Assembly (NCBI RefSeq): GCF_023055435.1
Contig: NW_025963890.1
Coordinates: forward strand, 43,462,001-43,526,000
Origin: Haliotis rufescens
Lineage: Eukaryota
Length of the DNA: 64,000 nucleotides
Reading direction: 5' to 3'
This document shows positions 23,412-35,381 of this stretch, piece after piece (position 1 is the stretch's first letter; every line of letters starts with the position of its first letter). The translations under genes and the position numbers were made by a program. The notes below the pieces were generated by a model. The model was not told the DNA's origin and searched no databases. It saw nothing but the letters and a program-made list of their open reading frames with translations.

Positions 23412-26400
23412 ATGATGCTCCTAACAGACTCTGTACGTGGAGTTGTTACGCCTGTGACACTGGTACTTCTGGTATCAACAATAGCAGGTTTGTGTTCTTA
23501 TTTATTGGGAGATAAATCCTAAAGTATCAGCTGTGATGCAGCACATTACATATATTAACTATACATAATACTTGTCCTACCATCTTAGTGCACCTCAATA
23601 TCCTGCACGCAGCTCTTATGAACAGATTAGAAACTATCTGAAAGATTTTAAGGTTAGCTGAAGTATACTATTGTCCAAAAGAAAGTATACCAAGAGTTTG
23701 AAAGACTATGAAAGAAAAACGAAAGCTTGTAGAAAGTCAATATGCATATGTTTTAACATAATGTGTAAAACTGCTCATGTTATCCAAACAAAACCATTAC
23801 GACTGACTGAGACACAAGCACATATAAGGGTACATAATGACAAGTTTCACTCTTCCATTCCTCTATGAATGTTTCACATACAGAAAAGGTGAATACTGAA
23901 CTATCATAGTATTGAAGATGTTTAACTTGTTAATTATATTCAGTACAATACGCTGTTTCGTTCCTAATCGACAGTTTCCCATTCAGGCACACCTTGTAGC
24001 AACTGTGACGGTAACAACGTGGCCTGTGTTGACAGTGTGTGTCTACCTCGCTGTGTCAATGTGACGTCATCTGGAGAGTGTCTCCAGTGTCTAGACTCCA
24101 GGTTCTATGGTAAACAGTGTGAACATGACTGTCCAGACACCTGTCTCAACTCTCGCTGTCAGATGGACAACAGCCGTGTTGTGTGTACAGAGGGATGTGT
24201 TGCCGGCAAGAAGGGAGATAACTGCGGTGTGAACTGTCCTACAGCCTGTACACAGTGTGAACGTTATGGTGATGGTTGTACAGCACCGTGTCAGAATCCT
24301 CGGTATTACGGTCAACACTGTAGAACACCTTGTTCCTCCAGCTGTACAGATGGATGTAATAGGATCACGGGGGAGTGTGACATCTGTGAGCCAGGTTACA
24401 TGGGGGACAAGTGTAATGTTTCCTGTCCTCCAACCTGTAGAGATGGATGTGATAAAGACACGGGGGAGTGTGGCAGCTGTGAGCCAGGTTACATGGGGGA
24501 CAAGTGTAATGTTTCCTGTCCTCCAACCTGTAGAGATGGATGTGATAAAGACACGGGGGAGTGTGACAGCTGTGAGCCAGGTTACATGGGGGACAAGTGT
24601 AATGTTTCCTGTCCTCCAACCTGTAGAGATGGATGTGATAAAGACACGGGGGAGTGTGACAGCTGTGAGCCAGGTTATATAGGGAAGTACTGTGGCAGCT
24701 GTGAGCCAGGTTACACAGGGGACAAGTGTAATGTTACCTGTCCCCCCAACTGTAGAGATGGATGTGATAAAGACACGGGGGAGTGTGGCAGCTGTGAGCC
24801 AGGTTACTCAGGGGACAGGTGTGATGTTACCTGTTCCCCCAACTGTACAGATGGATGTGATAAAGACTCGGGGGAGTGTGACAGCTGCGTGTCGGGTTAC
24901 AGAGGGAAGAACTGTAATGGTGCCTGTCCCTTCAGCTGTAGAGGTGGATGTGATAAGGAGACCGGAAAGTGTGAGGGTTGTAATCCCGGAAACAGTGGGG
25001 AGTATTGTAATATCTCCTGTCCTATCACCTGTAGGGAAAGATGTCATCAAGACGGTGGGTGCATCGTGACCGGTAAGTTCCATAATTATTTTATTCATTG
25101 CAATCCCACATTGGAATAACCACATTGAAAGTAGTTATATTATGCACTTGCTAGTGCCACAAACAGAGGGGATTGTGACAGTTGTGATACTAGAAATACG
25201 ATAGGGATTATTTGTGTTACTCTGTCTTTACCTTGGAATACGGAAACTGATTGAAGAGGGCCATGTCAACATAAAGTCTACATGGACTAATCCGTTGGGA
25301 TTCCGGGATAGAATAGGTCTCCAGCAACATATGCTTATTGTACGATTGACTGTACAGATGCATGTGATGACGACACAGGGGGGCATGACAGGTGGACAAC
25401 ACCCGTGTTGTGTGTACAGAGGGATGTGTGGCCGACAAGAAGGGAGATAACTGTGGTGCGCACTGTCCTACAGCCTGTACACAGTGTGAACGTTGTGGTG
25501 ATGGTTGTACAGGACCATATCAGAACACCCGAACTTATGGTCCACTCTGTGAACTCCAGTTGCGCGGATGTATGTCATAGTGTCATCGGAGAGCGTCACC
25601 CCTGTATGCCAGGTTACACTAGGAACAAATGTTATGTTACCTGCCACCCACACCCAAAAATGTAGAGATGGATGTGATAAAGTCATGGGGGAGTATATAA
25701 AGTGATGCATGACCAAGCATTTTCCTTCTGTTAATCTTCTGTGGTAATGATAACAATGTTTAATCATGACGTCGCTTTGACAATTCAGTATCATTTTCCA
25801 ATACACTATGTACTCAGTAGAGTTGCCTACAATTTCGTGTTTCAAATTTCTAAATGGCATCGAAGAACCAAACGCAATCACTCATTTCAAACACCAAGCA
25901 ACGAAATAATGCCTCGTCTGGTGTTTATCGGTATATTGATTGCCCTGAAATGACGAATAACAGACAGTGATTCGTCGACCAGTGGGATGGATATGTCTAT
26001 ATGTCAAATATAAATCCGGATGACTATTGTTGACATTGAACTATTCTAATAGCAGGCTAACTTGAATTCTTTGTAAGGTAGGCTAGGGAGGGCCTTCTGA
26101 TTTTAATCTGACATAACGTTAATTCAGCAGGTTGTATTTTGGACAAGAAAGAAAGATAAAGTATGTAATATATTTTTGACGCGGTTAAGGGCTATTCCAT
26201 AACGGGATCAATATTACCCCTGAATAGGTCATTTATGATTGAACAGAATCGATATTTTTATCGCTTCGTCCCTTATGAGGGAGGCAGTGTTTACTCTTGT
26301 GTTCTCAAACCATGTTCTCTTATGCGTTTTGTCATTTATTGCCGTACATTATTCCGGTGCCCATCGTTCTATTTTAGTTTTGATATCCTGCTGTTCGTGT

Positions 26401-27713
26401 TATACTGAAGCAATTTGATTGAGCTCTGTTGAGATTGTTGTTGAGACTTTTAATGGACAAGGAAGAATTAACAGTTTTGACCATGAGTAATTTTAAAGGT
26501 CCAATTCAAAATAACAGGGTATATACTGACTGTATAAAATGTCAACACGATATCATAGTGTAAGTCCTGTTTAGTATATACCATAACGAGTTGGACAGTA
26601 CGACATCTGACATTGCCTTCATGTGATAGAGAACGGAGTATGGATACCCCTTTGGATTTTGTATGAGCTTGTTAGAAGCGCATTGCTTGTCTGTATTATG
26701 ATAAATTGAGTTCTGATCTATATTTTGTTATTTACAGGAGGACAAATTTCCCCTTTCCAAATAACCACTGGAATCCTGGCGATGATTGTCATTTTGGTGA
26801 TGGGGATATTGATCCTGCAACGATTATCAAAACGTGTGGAAAGGTGAGAAGATTACTTCACAAGCAATGACAAATAGGGGCTACAGAAAACTACTGTGTC
26901 ATGTCACTGGTACCAAATCGCAAACGCATTTCATCATTGTATGACTTGGTGATGTGATAATTGTCTTTAAAAGGCATGTCCTCATTCTTTTCAACACATC
27001 TGACAACATTTCAAGACTTTAATTATAATAGTTATGCTAATTATGTTTATTAGATAAGGCATATATCTGGTGGGCCAAAATTGCTCTTATGATGCCTAAT
27101 CCTTTTTTCAGCATCTACTTACACAGTGATATAACTGTTTTGCAGACGTGCCTCCTCAACGTCGCCTCCTCCGGAAGGTCGGACACAGCCGGGCCCAGCT
27201 GGTGATTCAGGGGATCTCCACGACAATAATGGAGGGACACAGCCAGGGCCTACAAGCAGCTCGGGGGATCTCCTCGACAGGGATGATTGGACAACAAAAT
27301 ACTGGGTAATCCATGACAGAGATGTTAATTCCACATCATCCTGCTCACAGACTCACAACGAAGTAATACAACTACGAAGAAAGAATTATGAAATTAGTAA
27401 ACCATTATCAGTTGATAAACAACCGAACGTTCATGGACGCGCAAGGACAACCAAGAGACACCTGTCCGAATCACCAGTTGACACAACATCATCGTTGTCC
27501 TTGTTGGGTGCAACGTCACATGTCAAAGGTGACGGTTTAAGATCAAAGTCAGCCCATGATATACGTGGCATCACTATATCGCCAGAAGTCAAGGAATTGA
27601 TAAAGAAAACTGATTCGATCATATTCATTGAGCAAAACTGCGACTTGTCAAGAGTGAGTGCCACTTATCTTAGTCCAACAGCTGACACATGTCATCATCA
27701 CACAAGTGAGTGA
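23412..27713 (+). CDS. Receptor gene 3: EGF-repeat type-I membrane protein, ~615 aa (longest ectodomain)
   Basis: Exons: 23412-23487 (MMLLTDSVRGVVTPVTLVLLVSTIA), 23975-25072, 26738-26843 (TM ITTGILAMIVILVMGILIL), 27146-27713 (WTTKYWVIHDRDV ... LIKKTDSIIFIEQNCDLSRVSATYLSP). 1848 nt in frame. Confidence 0.9.
24388..24890 (+). repeat. Intragenic 93-bp (31-aa) tandem module array in the gene 3 ectodomain
   Basis: Three near-identical consecutive EPGYMGDKCNVSCPPTCRDGCDKDTGEC[GD]SC units, followed by more diverged units. Confidence 0.95.
25350..25705 (+). pseudogene. Degenerate second ectodomain copy in gene 3 intron 2 (counterpart of 4723-5271)
   Basis: Same junction and flanks as the gene 1 remnant, with frameshifts. 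Confidence 0.75.
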
Positions 27714-27966
27714 GGGAACAACAATTAAAGCCACAGTCAGCAATATGTCATCTATATCACGATGTCTGTAAATAAACGAGCATTGACTACGCACACCAGT
27801 GACTGAAGGCATGAGCAACAATCGCCGCCATCGGTAACGATGCCTCGCAATCAATCAAATTTAAAAGAGCCTGACCACCTGATCCCTATTTTGTCGCCTC
27901 GTATGGGGTGCTTAGGATCTATTCCTTCACGGAATCCAAACATGATTCCAGGATCTCTAAGTATAA

Positions 27967-28132
27967 GGGGCGGTCGGGTAGCCTAGTGGTTAAAGCGTTC
28001 GCTCGTCACGCCGAAGACCCGGGTTCGATTCCCGACATGGGTACAATGTGTGAAGCCCATTTCTGGTGTCCCCCGCCGTGATATTGCTGGAATATTGCTA
28101 AAAGCGGCGTAAAACCATACTCACTCACTCAC
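27967..28132 (+). mobile_element. tRNA(Asp-like)-derived SINE family C, full length
   Basis: A box TAGCCTAGTGG, GTC in the anticodon-like loop, B box GGTTCGATTCC, TSD ctctaagtataa. Confidence 0.9.
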
Positions 28133-28733
28133 TCTAAGTATAAATGTAAATACCATTTTGTTATATCAATCATACGAGTCTTTCCCAGTCAAGATCTTCA
28201 TATAAAAAATCGATATGAAATTAATTGAAATAGTCTGAAATAGTCACGATAACGCTATATTTCACGACCTTGTATATATAAGTCACTGTGACCTCCATCG
28301 CAATATATTTGTGTTTTATCATAGTTATGTTTTTGGGTTGCTAAATGATTTATTTTGACAATCAACTACTCATTCTGTATTTTACAAAAAATGCCTAAAA
28401 TGAATATGGGATTAGCAACTGAACTAATTGAATTGAATGCATTGTCTTAAGCCATGCACTTTAATATATGACCTGTTTCTGCGTTTAATATTCTCCCCAA
28501 TGTACAAATGTCTTATAAAAACCCTTTGTATTACTTCGTGTCTGAACCTGTGTTCAATGTATTTCCGATCCCGGGTGACATTGATTCAAAACGTCCATGG
28601 GCATATGTGCATCACGTCTAAACACACCTGCTTGCACATGCAGGACATGTCGTGGTTATTGATCTGAACAATCTTTGGATTTGAGTAGGGGGGTAAAGGA
28701 ATGCAACTTGAGAATTACTCAAACTGGAGCATT

Positions 28734-28770
28734 AATAATAATAATAATGATGATGATGATGATGATGATG

Positions 28771-28801
<31 letters not shown>

Positions 28802-29075
28802 TAATAATAATAATAATAGGCGGCTATTTATATTGCGCACCCATGGGTATGCTCAAAGTTGGATCACTGTGCACAGTATTCAACCCAAGCTGTCTGTTAG
28901 GCGCCAGAAGGTTAACAACCACATTGCCATCTCATCCTACCGGGTACCCATTCACTGCTGGGTGAGCAAGCCAAGCTGCCGAAACGCGGTCACCCATGAA
29001 AGGACTCTCCGCGACCGACGTTTCTTAACACCTGATTTGTGACCTGTGCGCCGTGCACAGGACCACGTGCCACCA
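28734..29075 (-). mobile_element. SINE family E: 5S-rRNA-like segment, Deu/Nin-like core, L2-like tail and (TTA/TCA)n microsatellite
   Basis: Minus strand reads gttaagaaacgtcggtcgcggagagtcctttcatgggtgaccg (5S box A-C like) and cacccagcagtgaatgggtacc. The (AAT/GAT)n run is at 28734-28818. Confidence 0.65.
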
Positions 29076-30469
29076 TTCAATTTTATACAAACACTTAAGA
29101 TGTTTGTCCCAGGATACATCTACACCTGAACTGCCAAATCCTGACTTGAACCGTCACGTTCAGCATCGTTTAAACATAGCATAGTAAAACATTGAATTCA
29201 TCCATGATGTACATGGTTTATATTTCACATGACTGCTATTAGACTAACATTTAGTCTCTGAAATCTTATATTACACAGTGTCCTTCTTGACTCTAAAAAT
29301 ATAAAAAAATTCCCTATGCTGATTTCAGAATGTGGAATAGAGCTAGCTTGAGTTGGCTAGACTTGCTTTTGTATGCATTTCTAGATTATTTAAAAAAAAT
29401 AAAAAAAATATATTCCACGGTCATGGTGCAGGACTAGACTGCTATATGTGAAGTCGTTACCACGGACCGTTGATATCGAAGCACATTCCACATTGAATTA
29501 TTACATACATATCGCGTTATTATTTATGAAGGACAGACAGGCCGCAGTGTGGATATTTCCGGTTTGAGTTCACTTATTCATTGAGGAAATAAATACCGTT
29601 ACTGTGTAGGAATACATTTGTCTTTGAAAAACACGCACATATTTATATCTCGTTAAGAGTAACAGTAAAGCGACAAGTGCTCCGTTTATTGGATACTGTA
29701 AAACAGGAATTTAATGCGACATGAAAACAATGCGAGCTCTTGATTTTAGACATAAATGCGCATTTTAAAAATGAGAGTGCCCATACCCTTTCCTAAAAAA
29801 ATATGCGCTGGATTTATGTTCTGTGTTATTTTAATTAATGTAACCTACGTAAATAAAAGCCTTACCTGAAAACGCTTCGTTTGTTTCAAATTACGTTTTG
29901 AGCAGGAACTGTGAGTAGACAGAGATAAATAAAATAACTGTGCACATTAAATCCCCTGTCCATGTTTTTTTCCATGTATATGAACACTCTCAGAGCTCAT
30001 GTTAAAAGTATTATTTACATAGCAATTAAAGGTAGTAATGATATAACCATGAGGTTACGAATGAGGTTGAATTAAAATTTGGGGTATTTTCATTCTGTAT
30101 GATATGTTAAATTGGCTTATAATGTATAGAGCCTGTTTTTCGATGTTTTCTTAGACAATCCAAGCCCTCGGTATCACATTGCATTTAAACCAACATACAC
30201 AGAAACAACGTCGTGATTCACGGCATTAGTTATAGTTATTTTCTAATAAGAACATATACAGTTCTAGTTTTAGGAGAGCTGGGAAGATGTCCCTTCTGTA
30301 ACTATTATACATGTGCGCGTTTATTAGATTATTTAGGTTTAGCAAAAATACATATCCTTCTGCTTGTTACCATATGCAGGGGGCGTTTGACGTTATTGGC
30401 AAAATGAATTGGGTCTAGCATATAAGGTTACAGTTATTTCAAGCTGGATTTTATGACTGTTGCTCAATA

Positions 30470-30643
30470 CAGTAAACTACGGTTATAACGAACTCAAAGG
30501 GACTACTAATTTTAGTTTGTTATAACAGTAATTCGTTATAAGCATATATACAGCATAACACAGCAAATAGTCGGGACTAAAAAGTGAGTTCGTTATATCC
30601 GTCAGTTCGTTATAAGCGTGTTCGTTATAACCGTAGTTTACTG
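30470..30643. mobile_element. Tc1/mariner(pogo)-type MITE
   Basis: Perfect ~24-bp TIRs cagtaaactacggttataacgaac and TA TSD. A related partial copy lies at ~35833-35945. Confidence 0.88.
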
Positions 30644-31164
30644 TAGTTGTCTGAAAGTATTACAACATTCAAGGCCTCAGTAAAGCTTCATGGTAGACAC
30701 GTGAAGGACATATATAACATTGTGTCACTGGAGGGGGAGGATACACCCACCTTTTCGCGAACGCTTGGTATCATCACAATTTGATAGTGATTCATAAACA
30801 CTAGTTGATAGTCGGAATCGTACAATGAATTCTACTTTTTTTTATCATGGTGGAAATGTTGTTTGTCGCTTTATGCGACGGCGTCAAGGAAACAAACCAG
30901 ACATATCACGTTATAGAAAAACATCCAGTCACACAACAGCGTATTAACGGGGCAGCACGTCGTGCCGTTATAAGCTCGTTATTGGGAGGCTGTGGCAGCG
31001 GTACAAAACAACTCTGCCGGGTACCACCGGTGGGGCAGGATACGCTAACCTTTTCTGGAACACCTGATATCATCATTATTTGATAGGGATTCACAAGCAC
31101 TTGCTCTTGATGACGGAATGGTAAATCGAATTCTTTTTGGCAGAGATTACTTACGAACATGGAA

Positions 31165-33060
31165 AGGTCTTTGAAAGGCATTTAAATTGGATACACACAA
31201 GGAGAATATATGGATGTCAACTTCTTTATTATGAGGAACACAACGTGTCGGAGTATATGCTTACTCCTTCAACAGGTGAATGAATGTTACTTACTTACTT
31301 ACTTACTTTGGAGATTTAACGTGCGCTTTCCGACTGATGCGTATTTCGCACTTGGGCCCGGCCAGGCCATTTAATGTGTTTCCGAAAGGGGCGAAAGTGG
31401 TCTGTGCAACCCAAGAGGGGGGGTTTAGGGGTTGCTTATATAGAATTTGGGAATTTTGAGATTTGGAATAGATGCCGATGGGATTGGGGAGGAGAACTAA
31501 AGGAGCTGGGTATGGTGGATGTTTGTTTGTTTATGTGATTTTGATTTGGTAGGTTATTGTGTTTTTAGATGCGTTTTATTAGTTCCGTTTTTATTAAGAA
31601 TACGCCTAAGGCCTTGAAGTTTTCTAGTTTATTTTGTGGGTTTAGTATTGCTTCTAGAGTTAGAGCCTTGTTTAGATTGAGGGTGGTTTGTAATGCGGTT
31701 CGATGTGTTAGGTAGTGTGTGCAGTGGATGAGTGCGTGTTCTGGGGTTTCTGGTTGTTTGCAGTGTGGGCAGTTACCTGTAGTGTGTTTTTAAAAATTTT
31801 TTAGGTGGTTATTTAGGTTGCAGGTGTGTCCTGTTTGGAGTTTAGTGATTACTTTGTCGATTTTTTTGGATGGATGGAGAATTTTTGGTTTGGTTAGTGG
31901 TTTGCTGAGCACTTTTTTGATTTGGCTATTTGAGTTTAGATATAGGTTATGCCATTTTTTTGTGATTTTTTGCTTGTTTACACTTTTAATTTCTGATTTT
32001 GAGATGGGTAAGTTTAAGCTTATTTCTGGGATTTTGAGGGATAGTTTAGCTGCTTTATCGGCGTTTTCATTACCGTATATTCCTACGTGGGCGGGTATCC
32101 ACAAGAAGGTTATTTGTTTGCCTGCCTTAGTTAGGTCGTTGGAGCTTTTAAGTATTTGATTTATTAATTTAGGTCGGTTTTTGGTATTTTTGTTTTGGAG
32201 GGCTTGCAGTCCACTCAGGGAGTCGGTAAGTATTAGGATTCTTTTGTGTTTTTTGGATTCTTGATTATGGAGGGCTGAGGCCATGCCCATTAGTTCTGCC
32301 GTGAATATTGATTGGTTGTTTGGGAGTCGGAAGGATTGTGTGGTTTTAGTTGGTTGTGTGGTATGGACTCCGAAACCTGTATGTTTTGAGGTCGGATGTG
32401 AGGATCCGTCCGTGTAAATGTGACACCAATTTGGCCAATTTTCGTGTATGTACGCTAGTGTGGTAGTTTTAGCTATGTTTGGGTCGGTTTGTTTATTTAT
32501 TTAGCTAGCTAGTGTTGTGTCTATTTTGGGTATTTTAAATTTAGGGGTGAAGATATTCGATTGTTTGCAGTTTTGTTTAAGATTTTTAATTTGGTGTTCA
32601 TTGAGGTAGTTTGTTATTCTTTGGGATATTGGGGTAAGTAAGGGGTGTTGACGAGCTAGAGCTTGGTTTTTGGGGCTGATGTTTTGGTTTATTAAGTTTT
32701 GGATGAGAGGGTTTGATTGGGACGCGGCCCAGAAATTTAAGCTTAGCTGTTCCCTGCGTAGACTTAGTGGCATTTCTCCTGTTAAGGCCTGAAGTGAGGT
32801 GTAGGAGGTGCCATGTTGGGTGCGTGTAATTAGTTTGAGAGCCTGATATTGTATTGAGTCAAGTGAATGAATGTTATGAGGCAGAGAGCATATATATGTA
32901 CATGTAAGGACAACAACATTAATAAGATAACAAAAGGTGGAAAATAACAAAGGGTAGAAACTAACAAGGGAAGCCAACAGATGATTGGCGCTGATAGGTG
33001 ATTTAGCAATAGACAATGGAAGCCAACATTTTACAGTAACTAGCGCTGATGGTATGGAAG
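31165..33060 (-). mobile_element. Penelope-like repeat (pLTR with mutated hammerhead), split by a LINE insertion
   Basis: 31200-31289 plus 32863-33060 is homologous to 43543-44050. Confidence 0.65.
31290..32862 (-). mobile_element. 5'-truncated RNase-H-containing non-LTR retrotransposon (I group, I/Nimb-like), inactive
   Basis: RNase H motifs IYTDGS, AELMG, ILTDS and LWIPAHVGIYGNENADKAAK, plus C-terminal CPHC...EHALIHC. Two in-frame stops (32501, 31790), (AGTA)n tail and 14-bp TSD gtgaatgaatgtta (31276-31289, 32863-32876). Confidence 0.92.
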
Positions 33061-33666
33061 TTATCATAGATAAGTAATAGGTAACGGGCACTGGGCAAAC
33101 TGGAGGCCGGAGGTAATTAGCACTGATGGAAGTGGGCCTTTTGTTTGCCTAGGTGCTGGATCTGATGTTTGATTATTCTGCAACTGGCATGATGGAGGAT
33201 CTTGTGGACGGGTGAAGAAAATTGAAAACCTCTGGGAACAAGGTTGCTATCTCGGCAACGGAGTAGGAAGCTCAGGTGGTTGTTGGACTAAACACTTTTT
33301 CTGATAGTCTTGATTTGTCGCTTATATTTGTATATGCTCAAACACTATTCGTCACGGAAAAAAATACTATTCGTCACAACACAGATGCAGGATGAAGACG
33401 AACATGATGATGCCATATACGCCAGTGTGTCATGACCGCCATAAAAAGTAGGTCACATTCTGCTGGTCCAGCAATTTCATCACCACTGACATCACGTAAA
33501 GCCAATTCATCAACGTCAGTAGTCGTCAGTTCTGAAATCCTATGAGAGCAGCTTCAGTGCCTTTCTCAGTGATGTAGGCGTGTTTACAGGCGGCGCCAGG
33601 AATGTATTGAGTAAGCTGCTGTAGTGTATAATTAAATAATAATAGATTTGGTAATGCTTTGTACAT

Positions 33667-34052
33667 CTTCCCGAGGCAAGGGTGTTAACTGACTTTAAAA
33701 GTTTAGTTTCCACCCTGGAATTCCTGGGCTCGACCGTAGCACAACCAGTGGTTATTATGAGTTATGTCCCTTATGAGCCTCTCCTATGGACCAATCCGAT
33801 TCCATCTACATGAAAAGGTTTGGAAAATATCTGTTGACAACGAGTTGGCGGTGTACATGCTTTGCAAATCTTGCAATCGACCGAAATTTGCACGACAGTT
33901 TACGAACCGGATTTTGATTTCGTTGCGAGATTTTGATTGGACTATGCGTAGACTCGTTAGTCCAGCCAAAATGTAACTCCATAATACCAGCCTAGTTCGG
34001 CAAGGATGGACACTGGACTTTTATAGTCAATTAACTCTCTTGCCTCGGGCAG
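33667..34052. repeat. Imperfect ~35-bp inverted repeat pair, probable non-autonomous DNA element
   Basis: cttcccgaggcaagggtgttaactgactttaaaag pairs with cttttatagtcaattaactctcttgcctcgggcag. Confidence 0.55.
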
Positions 34053-34236
34053 ATGCGCTTTATAATGGTCTGCGGCAGCACTACAACGACTGCGAGGGTC
34101 AGTTACACGCACAACGATACACATACATTGGCCCCCAATAAGGATACTATTCATAAGGACCTTTCATCGCTATAGAGGTGCCTCGATCTTTCATGGCGAT
34201 ACAGCATGTCCACACCTTGAACATGTGATCAAATCT

Positions 34237-34512
34237 GGGGCACGGGTGGCCCAGTTGTCTAAGGCGCCGCGATTCGCTGTGCAGAGTTGCATCCCTTGCG
34301 CACGCCGGAAACCTATTGTGGGTTTGAAAACCGGTACGCCCCAATTATGTTTCTAGGTTTGTCAGCACCATACCCGTGTGGGTTTCACCGAAGTGGTAAT
34401 CGTCTGAGACCTGCATCACTTCGGGCGTTCCTCCCACGTTAATTAAGCTGACATGCCGCGATATAACTGTAATACTGTTAAACGCGGCGTTAAACCAAAC
34501 TCACTCACTCAC
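34237..34512 (+). mobile_element. SINE family A
   Basis: Family A head, body and (ACTC)n tail. Confidence 0.88.
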
Positions 34513-35381
34513 ACTCTTAGGTTAGGGTAAGATCATCCTGATAATCACTGCACCAGTGGCACGGACATTGTTGACGCGGTGCTATGTGGTCTATTCGTAT
34601 CACGTTTTAGGAAGATCGTCAGAAATGCTCGAGAGTTAAAAATATGTAAACCAGCGAGATCTGCGCAGTTGCAGCTGGTAGGTGAAACAGAATATCCAGT
34701 ACAGCAACAACGTCTTCTTGGGATAGATCCGGTTTTAATTTGGTCTTCAGCAATCCATGCTTGTCGTTAGAGCCGACTGACGGGATCGGATCATCAGACT
34801 CGCTGAATAGTGCTATGTGCGGCGTTATACAACAATCCATCAATCAATAAATGTTCTTGGGATTCTTGTCTTGATGAATAAGAAATCCCCAATGTAATTG
34901 TTGTTTCGTGAGTACGGAAACGAGCGTATTGTTTCTTAACCCAGTACTTCATTCAGATTGTTTTATTTGGGATACAATACCTTAGTGTTATCACATGCAT
35001 GTTGAGGTCAAACATGTGCTAGTTGCGTGATTCATATGAAGTGTTGAATCGAACCTTGGAGCGTAATTCGTCACTGGATAAAGGTTGGAATTGCATTCTT
35101 GTATGTCAATGATTCGGTATATCCCAATGTTGCATATAGCTTATAAAGGACGCTATAGTTTGTCCAGGTTACAGAGAAATCCGTCAAATACTGGTAAGAA
35201 TATTGCTTTGTTTTTGTAATTGGAAAAATATATACTGTCAGTCCATCATCAAGCATATATTTATTTACTGATCTACAGATGAGACTGGCACATGAAACAG
35301 CACAGTAGTCGATGATGACAAAACAGGACAGCTGTTTGAGGCCTAAACTTGATTAACCGTTTTTCTTTGTTCATTTAGAAA

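Noticed and set aside
27967-28040. tRNA-like sequences (SINE A, C and D heads; fragment at ~7800-7840)
   Set aside because: They lack proper acceptor stems, continue into SINE bodies with TSDs, or are only partial. They are not tRNA genes.
28675-29042. Poly-I/M and poly-N/D ORFs
   Set aside because: They come from the (AAT/GAT)n microsatellite tail of a SINE.
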